Positions 56,008 to 64,000 of a DNA stretch of 64,000 bases are shown here, one piece after another. Positions within the stretch are counted from its first letter, which is position 1. Each line of letters opens with the position of its first letter. The stretch is from an uncultured delta proteobacterium. GTDB lineage: Bacteria; Myxococcota_A; Polyangia; Polyangiales; JAFGIB01. The position numbers were made by a program, and so were the translations under genes. The stretch is from contig CAVZVA010000002.1 of the NCBI GenBank assembly GCA_963778655.1, positions 416,001 through 480,000 of the forward strand, given 5' to 3'. Under the pieces are notes generated by a model. The model had not been told where the DNA came from. It did no database searches and saw only the letters and a list, made by a program, of their open reading frames with translations.

Positions 56008-56970
56008 GTGAACAGGGACTCCACGCCGCAGTACCGCGTGTTGCACAAGCTGGCCGCCGGAGGCATGGCGGAGATCTTCTTGGCCGAGCGCAGCGTGCCG
56101 GGTGCGCCACCGTCGCTGGTGGTGCTCAAGCGCGTGCGCCCGCACCTCAGCTCCGACCCGACCGTCATCGGCATGCTGGCCGACGAGATCCAGCTCGGCC
56201 GGATGTGCGCGCACCCGAACATCGTGGCCACGCTCGACGCGGGCGAGCGGGACGGCCTGCCGTACGCGGTGCTGGAGCACGTGGATGGGCTCGATCTGGC
56301 GCGGATGCGCGCAGCGTTGCTGGCGCGTGGCGAGCGCTTCACGCGCGCGGCGGCGGTGCACGTGTGCATGGAGCTGTGCCAGGGGCTCCGCTACCTGCAC
56401 GGGCTGCAGGACGCGTCGGGCGCGCCGCTGCGCGTCGTGCATCGCGACGTGACCCCGCCCAACGTGCTGCTCGGGGTCGACGGCAGCGTGAAGCTGTGCG
56501 ACTTCGGCTTCGCCAAGTCGCGGGCCCAGCGCACCTTGACCGAGCCGGGCCTGATCAAGGGCAAGTTCAGCTACCTGTCGCCGGAAGCCGCGCTGGAGAA
56601 GCCGGTCGACCAGCGCGCGGATCTCTACGCCGTCGGCATCATGCTGTGGGAGATGCTAACGATGCGCCGCCTGTTCCACGCCAAGACCGACTACGAGACC
56701 TTCAAGCTGGTGCAGAAGGCCGAAGTGCCGGCACTCGCCGCGTGCGATGGCGACGCCGACGAAGTGCTCGCCGAGATCGTGACCAAAGCCCTCGCGCGCG
56801 ACCCCGGCGAGCGCTATCAGTCCGCCGAGGCGCTGTTCAACGCGCTGGCCGCCTACGCCGATTGGCAGGAGCTGCAGTGCGACCTCGGCGCGCTGGTTGC
56901 GCTGGCGAAGCCGGCCGCGACGCCCCCCGCTGTGGAGAGCGGCTGGGCGGGCGCGCCGGGGCTGGCCTGA
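56008..56970 (+). CDS. Stand-alone Ser/Thr protein kinase
   Basis: AAGGMAEIF, VLKR, HRDVTPPN, DFG and GKFSYLSPE motifs. Confidence 0.92.
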   Translation: MNRDSTPQYRVLHKLAAGGMAEIFLAERSVPGAPPSLVVLKRVRPHLSSDPTVIGMLADEIQLGRMCAHPNIVATLDAGERDGLPYAVLEHVDGLDLARMRAALLARGERFTRAAAVHVCMELCQGLRYLHGLQDASGAPLRVVHRDVTPPNVLLGVDGSVKLCDFGFAKSRAQRTLTEPGLIKGKFSYLSPEAALEKPVDQRADLYAVGIMLWEMLTMRRLFHAKTDYETFKLVQKAEVPALAACDGDADEVLAEIVTKALARDPGERYQSAEALFNALAAYADWQELQCDLGALVALAKPAATPPAVESGWAGAPGLA

Positions 56971-57022
56971 CGCGGATGCGGCGCGCGGGTCGGGCTTGCG
57001 CCGAGCGCGGGCAGCCCGAACC

Positions 57023-58090
57023 ATGCAGGCCGGAGCACGAAGGTCCCACGTGACGCACGCACGCACGCACTGCGACCAGCCGCTGCCGGCAGCCGAGGCG
57101 CTGGCCCGCGGCTACAGCTTGCTCGAGGCGGTCGGCGCGGAGCGGCCGGTGCTGCTCTACGCGGCGCCGCTCCAGGGCGCCGCAGTCGTGCTCGGCGCCT
57201 ACCAACACGCCGGGCACGCATTGCGCCCCGAGGCGTTCGATGCGCTCGCGCTGCCGGTGCTGCGGCGGCGCAGCGGCGGGGCCGCGGGGTGGGCCGCGCA
57301 GGGCGTGCTCTACCTGGCGCTCGGCCTGCGCGAGGCCTCGACGCTGATGGCGTGCCCGCCGGGGCGCATCCTCAACCGCAACGTGCGCGGCATGCTCGCG
57401 GGCCTGCGCGCGCGCGGAGTGGCCGCGCACTATTTCGGACGCGACTTCGTCGCCTTCGGCACCGAGCCGGGCATCTACTTGGGCTGGGATGAGCACGGCA
57501 GCGGGCGCGTTCTGCTCGAAGCCTTCGTCGCGCTTGAGACCGCGTTCACACCCGCCGCCGAGCTGGGCGGCTATCCGCCGCCGAGCGATCCCCCGCTGCG
57601 CGGCAAGCGCCCCACCACGCTGCGCGCCGCCGGGCTCGCGCTGCCGGCTGCGGAGGTCGTGGCCGCGCTGTTCGAAGGCCACGCCAAGGCGTTCGGCCTG
57701 ACGCTGCAGCCCGAGCCGCCGAGCGCGGCGGAGCTGGCGCGCGCCGCGAGCCTGCGCAGCGGGCTTTCGGTCGATCTCGGCGAGCAGGACGGGCTGTGCT
57801 GGGCGCCGCCGCGGCAGGAGGCGATCGGCTTCGTCAGCGCGGGCGTGCGCCTCGATGCCGAAGGACGGCTGCAGGCGCTGCGCCTGGGCGGTGATTTCTA
57901 CCAGCACCACGACTGTCCCGCGCAGCTGCAGGCGCGCTTGCTCGGACGCCTGCCAGACGCCGGCACCCTGGGCTCCGCGCTCGATGCGGTGTACGCGGCG
58001 CGCCCGGGCCTGATCGAGGGCGTGCGTACGCTCGACACGCTGCGCGCGGCGCTGCTCGATGCAGTGGCCGCCGCCCGCGCCGAGGCGTAA
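57023..58090 (+). CDS. Lipoate-protein ligase A-like protein, divergent (start uncertain)
   Basis: VVLG..Q, VLRRRSGG and C-terminal LGGDFY. Confidence 0.62.
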   Translation: MQAGARRSHVTHARTHCDQPLPAAEALARGYSLLEAVGAERPVLLYAAPLQGAAVVLGAYQHAGHALRPEAFDALALPVLRRRSGGAAGWAAQGVLYLALGLREASTLMACPPGRILNRNVRGMLAGLRARGVAAHYFGRDFVAFGTEPGIYLGWDEHGSGRVLLEAFVALETAFTPAAELGGYPPPSDPPLRGKRPTTLRAAGLALPAAEVVAALFEGHAKAFGLTLQPEPPSAAELARAASLRSGLSVDLGEQDGLCWAPPRQEAIGFVSAGVRLDAEGRLQALRLGGDFYQHHDCPAQLQARLLGRLPDAGTLGSALDAVYAARPGLIEGVRTLDTLRAALLDAVAAARAEA

Positions 58091-58135
58091 GGGCGGCCTG
58101 CTTGCGGTCGGGGGCTCCCGCCTTATAAGCGGGGG

Positions 58136-60211
<2,076 letters not shown>

Positions 60212-60421
60212 CGGTTCCGCGCTGACTGCAATCGCATCGACGCCATTGGCGCGGCGTAAGAGCGCTGTCATAATGAAGAAAGAAGGATCGAAGAAGTCGT
60301 CGATTCGGATTTCGCGCCTGTAACCGTAGTAGCTCGGCTGTCGCCGAAGGGTTACTTGCTGCGGCGGTGTACGCCGGGCGGCGTCGTGTGTCTGCTGGCG
60401 AGGTGAAGAGGTAGTCGAGTA

Positions 60422-61006
60422 GTGGCTCGGAAGTTGTGCTGGTTCGGGTTTCTCTTCTTCATCTGCGGCTGCGCCGCGGGCCTTCCACCTTCGGCGGAAT
60501 TACCGGTCGACGAGGACCAGCTGGCGATCCGCGCCGCGATCATCGCCTGGCGCAACCAGGGTCTGCCGTGGTCGGATCAGTGCAGCGACCAATACGATCG
60601 CATCCGGGTCGTGGTGAGCGCGCCGCGTGAATTCACCGAGCTGTGCGGACGCCGCCCGCTGCACGCGGGCGGGCGCTTGTATGCGTGCAACACCGAACAG
60701 TACGAACGCGCCTTCCCGCTGTGGGTGGTCGACGACGCGCGCGTGCCGCTACTGGTGATCAGCCAGCTCCAGCCCGAGACCCACCGCCGCCTGCTGGTGG
60801 TCCACGAGACCATGCACTGGCTGGAGCGCTGCTCCGGCAAAGGCATCGACTTCGACCACTCCGATCCGCGCGTGTGGCAGCAAGCGCGCGGCAACGCTCA
60901 GCGGGCCGTGATCCTGGCGCTGGAGGGGCACCGTCCCCGACCCGAGCGCCTGGCCTGGACCCAGCGCTCCCGGCTGCCACCGGGCGCGCGCCACGCGCGC
61001 CGCTGA
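60422..61006 (+). CDS. Lipoprotein with HExxH motif, putative zinc metallopeptidase
   Basis: ICGC lipobox; VVHETMHW...DH. Confidence 0.68.
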   Translation: MARKLCWFGFLFFICGCAAGLPPSAELPVDEDQLAIRAAIIAWRNQGLPWSDQCSDQYDRIRVVVSAPREFTELCGRRPLHAGGRLYACNTEQYERAFPLWVVDDARVPLLVISQLQPETHRRLLVVHETMHWLERCSGKGIDFDHSDPRVWQQARGNAQRAVILALEGHRPRPERLAWTQRSRLPPGARHARR

Positions 61007-61102
61007 GCGGACCCGGGGCGCGAGCCCCGCGGGCTCGACAGCGCGCTCAGCCCATGGACAAGGTGGGCAACGGTTTCACGTCCGCCCAGCCACTATCATG
61101 AA

Positions 61103-61181
61103 CGGGAGGGGCACGCGCCCCCCCGGCCCGCCAGCGGAGCTGTCGGGGCCCCACCCACTCGCGCGGCTCGCTTGGCTCGCT
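61103..61181 (+). repeat. Degenerate solo copy of the hairpin element family
   Basis: CGGGAGGGGCACGCGCCCCCCCG, GGGGCCCCACCC, GCTCGCTTGGCTCGC. Confidence 0.75.
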
Positions 61182-61228
61182 CACATGCGCAAACCTATCG
61201 CGTCCCGTCCAGAAGGCTGCTCCGTGCC

Positions 61229-61876
61229 ATGAAGGTCGCCGAGGACCCGGCGTTCTTTGCGGCCGAGCCGGAGCCGCGGGCCGCGCCCGCGCAGGGCAAG
61301 GCCCGGATCGAGCCAGAGGCGGCCGGCGAGCCCCGCGCGCCCGCGGCGCCGCGCGCCGGGACGGCCGGTTTTCGCGAGCTCTATCGCGAGCACTTCGGCC
61401 TGGTGTGGCGCGTCGCGGCCAACCGTGGCGTGCGGGTCTCGGCGCTGGAAGACGTGGTGCAGGAAGTCTTCATCGTCGTGCATCGCAAGCTGCCCGAGTT
61501 CGAGGGGCGCTCTTCGCTGCGGACCTGGATCGCGGCGATCGCGCGCCGGGTGGTAGCCGACTATCTCAAGAAGCGCGGCAACCAACCCGCAGGTGACGAA
61601 GCGCTCGAGCCCGAGCCCGCCGCCCACCCGGCGCCATCCGAGCAGCTGGAGCGCAAGAGCGCGGTCGCGCTGCTCGACGCGCTGCTCGCGAAGATGAGCC
61701 CGGACCAGCGCGAGGTCTTCGTGCTGCACGAGCTCGAGCAGATGAGCGGTGCCGAGATCGCCGAGCTCACCTCCGCCAACGAGAACACAGTCTTCACCCG
61801 TTTGCGCGCGGCCCGTCGCATCTTTCAAGCAGGGGTGGCGCGCGAGCGCGCGCGTCACGACCGGGAGCAAGCCTGA
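61229..61876 (+). CDS. ECF RNA polymerase sigma factor
   Basis: EDVVQEVF, SSLRTWI and QREVFVL...EIA...TVFTRL motifs. Confidence 0.92.
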   Translation: MKVAEDPAFFAAEPEPRAAPAQGKARIEPEAAGEPRAPAAPRAGTAGFRELYREHFGLVWRVAANRGVRVSALEDVVQEVFIVVHRKLPEFEGRSSLRTWIAAIARRVVADYLKKRGNQPAGDEALEPEPAAHPAPSEQLERKSAVALLDALLAKMSPDQREVFVLHELEQMSGAEIAELTSANENTVFTRLRAARRIFQAGVARERARHDREQA

Positions 61877-62616
61877 TGGAGCTCGACGCCGAGGCCCGCC
61901 GTATTCTCGAGCTCGCGCGTGCGGCGCGCGCGCCCAGCGAAGCAAGCCAGGCGAGGGTGGAACGCCGCCTGATCGCCGTGCTCGGCTTGTCCGGGGCCGG
62001 AGCGGCCGGCGCCGCCGGCGCGCACGCGACCGAGGGCACACAGGCCGCGGCCGGCGCCAAGTCGAGCCTCGTCCTGCTCGCGCTCAAGGGGATCGGGCTG
62101 AGCGCGGGGCTTGCCGCGCTCTGGGCCGGCTACGTCGCGCTCTCCGCCCCGCCCGCGCGGACGCCTGCGTCGCCGCGGTCGCACGATGCGCCGCCCCCCC
62201 TGCCCGCGAGCGCAGGGGCCAGCGGCGCGGGCCCGCGGTCGCCGGCGCAGCCGCAGCCGGCGCCGGCACCTTCGCAGCCCGCGGTCGACGCTCGGTCCTC
62301 GGCCGAGGCGCGCCCGTCGCTTGCGCCGCGACCGAGCGACGCATCCGGCTCGCTGGCCGCGGAGCTTCAGCTGCTGCACCAGGCGCAGAGCGCGTGGCGC
62401 TCCGGCGACGCGGCCGGCGCGCTGTCGTTGCTCGGCCAGCACCGCCGGCGCTATCCGCGCTCCCAGCTGCGCCTCGAGCGCGACGCGCTGCGCGTGCTGG
62501 TGCTGTGCGAGCTCGGCCGCAAGACGCAAGCCGCACGGTTGGCACGCGCCTTCATCGCGCGCGCCCCGCGCTCGCCGCTGCGCGCATCGATCGAAGAAAG
62601 CTGCGCGTTGAAGTAG
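61876..62616 (+). CDS. Putative anti-sigma-like membrane protein with C-terminal TPR-like domain
   Basis: Coupled to the sigma gene; TM segment; LAAEL.LL..A...YP.S.L..ER. Confidence 0.72.
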   Translation: MELDAEARRILELARAARAPSEASQARVERRLIAVLGLSGAGAAGAAGAHATEGTQAAAGAKSSLVLLALKGIGLSAGLAALWAGYVALSAPPARTPASPRSHDAPPPLPASAGASGAGPRSPAQPQPAPAPSQPAVDARSSAEARPSLAPRPSDASGSLAAELQLLHQAQSAWRSGDAAGALSLLGQHRRRYPRSQLRLERDALRVLVLCELGRKTQAARLARAFIARAPRSPLRASIEESCALK

Positions 62617-62625
62617 TCTGGGGCG

Positions 62626-63711
62626 GTGCGCCGCTCCGCATGGCTCGCCGGCTTTCTGCTCGCGATCGCGACCCGGGCCCAGGCGGAGCCGCCGCTGCCG
62701 CTGCAGCTGCGCTTGCAGGCGCCCCCCGAGTGCGGAAGCGGGGCGGATATACGCGCGGAGCTGCAGCGCAGCGCGCGCGTGCGGCCTGGTTTCGGTCTCA
62801 CCCCGGTGATCGCTCGGGCCGAGGTCGAGCACCGCGGCGCCGGCTATGCGCTGCGGCTCCATACCGAGCACGATGGCGAAGCCGGAGAGCGCAGCCTGCG
62901 CGCGCCCGATTGCGCGACGCTGATGCGCTCGCTCACGCTGGTGCTGGCGCTGACCTTCGGCCCCGGCGTCGAGCTGGGTGCCGATGCGGGCAGCGGGCCG
63001 GCCGCGGCTGCTGCACGACCCGCGGGCGCCGGGCCGACAGGCGCTGGGGGGCCAGCAGGCCCGCTGCCCCCGGCCGGCAAGCCTGGGCGCCAAGCGGGCA
63101 CACCCGCGTCCGCCGTGCCGCAGCCGCGAGTGGCGCAGGCGTCACCGGGCGCGGCCACACGCGTGCCGGACGCGCCGGCCGCTGCGAGCGCGAGCCGCGG
63201 CCGGAGCCGGGCTCGGCTGGCGCTGATGCTCGGCGGCGGGGTCGAGATCGGGCTGGCGTCATCCGTGTCGCCGGCCGTCACCGCCGGCGCCGCGCTCGAG
63301 CTGGCCGCGCTTTCGATCGAGCTGCGCGCGAGCGGCTGGCCGGTGGTGAGCCGCCCGCTCGCACCGGATCTGAGCGCGCGTTTCGACGGGCTCGGCGGGC
63401 AGCTTCAGGCGTGCTGGCAATGGCCGCTGGCTGCGCTCGCCCTGGCGGCCTGCGGCGGCGCGCGGGCAGCGGCGGTGCGCGGCCGCTCCTCGGGCGCGCC
63501 GGCCGACGGGTCCGCGGTCGCGCCATGGTACGCGCTCTCAGGCGCCGCCGCGGTGAGCTGGCCGCGCGGGCGCTGGCTCAGCCTGCGCGCGGAGGCCGCG
63601 CTGGCGGCGTCGCTCGACCGGCCACGCTACGTGATCGCGGGTTTCGGCCAGGCGCGGCGCGTACCGCTGCTGCTGCCCTCGTTCGACCTGCTGCTGGTCG
63701 CCAGGCCGTGA
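62626..63711 (+). CDS. Secreted protein with C-terminal beta-barrel-like region
   Basis: Signal peptide AQA; two-Cys N-domain; linker; beta strands. Confidence 0.68.
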   Translation: MRRSAWLAGFLLAIATRAQAEPPLPLQLRLQAPPECGSGADIRAELQRSARVRPGFGLTPVIARAEVEHRGAGYALRLHTEHDGEAGERSLRAPDCATLMRSLTLVLALTFGPGVELGADAGSGPAAAAARPAGAGPTGAGGPAGPLPPAGKPGRQAGTPASAVPQPRVAQASPGAATRVPDAPAAASASRGRSRARLALMLGGGVEIGLASSVSPAVTAGAALELAALSIELRASGWPVVSRPLAPDLSARFDGLGGQLQACWQWPLAALALAACGGARAAAVRGRSSGAPADGSAVAPWYALSGAAAVSWPRGRWLSLRAEAALAASLDRPRYVIAGFGQARRVPLLLPSFDLLLVARP

Positions 63712-63714
63712 GCG

Positions 63715-64000
63715 TCAGCAGGGGACCGGCCGGTCGTCGATCACGAGGTCGTCCATGAACACCTCGAAGAAGGCGTCCTGAGACGACCAGTCGACCCCGG
63801 CGCGCACGCGGTGCACGCCGGCGTCCGGCAGCGTATCCAGGCCGCTGGCGTCGAGCGCCGCTTGGTCGTCGACGAACGCGTGCACCTCGCCCTGCTGCTG
63901 CGAGATCACGATGCGCGCGCGAAAGCAGAACCAGCGCTGCCGCGGGATCGCCAGCGTGCCGGTCTGCCGCATGGGGTCGCCGTCGGGCGCGTACACCTGC
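63715..64000 (-). CDS. 3' end of a hypothetical protein (concanavalin/LamG-like beta sandwich)
   Basis: WFCFRARI...VHAFVD...FMDDLVIDDRPVPC. Confidence 0.55.
   Translation of the reverse strand, partial: QVYAPDGDPMRQTGTLAIPRQRWFCFRARIVISQQQGEVHAFVDDQAALDASGLDTLPDAGVHRVRAGVDWSSQDAFFEVFMDDLVIDDRPVPC

Noticed and set aside
60320..60365. HDV-like ribozyme
   Set aside because: Pseudoknot order is loosely similar, but P1.1, P4 and the catalytic junction are missing
61229..63711. ECF sigma/anti-sigma/outer-membrane triad as a novel system
   Set aside because: Arrangement appears common in myxobacteria; nothing unusual seen here

Overview
High-GC bacterial chromosome segment. The gene content (eukaryotic-like Ser/Thr kinases, many Cys-rich and Gly/Pro-linker lipoproteins, an ECF sigma/anti-sigma/outer-membrane triad) suggests Myxococcota, probably Polyangiales (inference). 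There are about 50 CDS. Housekeeping genes include fieF, ldcA, fetB, bcp, a thiolase, metH with a SahR-like regulator, mutM, moaB, an ABC-F protein, a Grx4 fusion and a YyaL-like protein, interspersed with envelope clusters of unknown function. I saw no rRNA, tRNA, CRISPR array, transposase, integrase or reverse transcriptase. The most distinctive signal is non-coding. One covarying, transcription-oriented hairpin element family occurs both as solo copies and as tandem arrays (7x137 bp and 2.3x99 bp). Also present are two ~165-bp MITE-like elements (one with a TAA target duplication), a dispersed CAGGAAG(G/A)CGGGAAG inverted-repeat family (6 sites), an 18-bp VNTR next to the sahR-metH promoter, and many apparently leaderless promoters. 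Notable proteins: an HExxH-peptidase/PD40/Omp85 fusion followed by three Cys-rich lipoproteins, a sigma54-driven twin beta-propeller lipoprotein operon, a kinase-AAA-TPR protein with a Tyr-kinase-like catalytic loop, a lipoate-ligase homolog that appears to lack its catalytic Lys, and a PMT-like glycosyltransferase. All family assignments come from motif recognition, not database searches.
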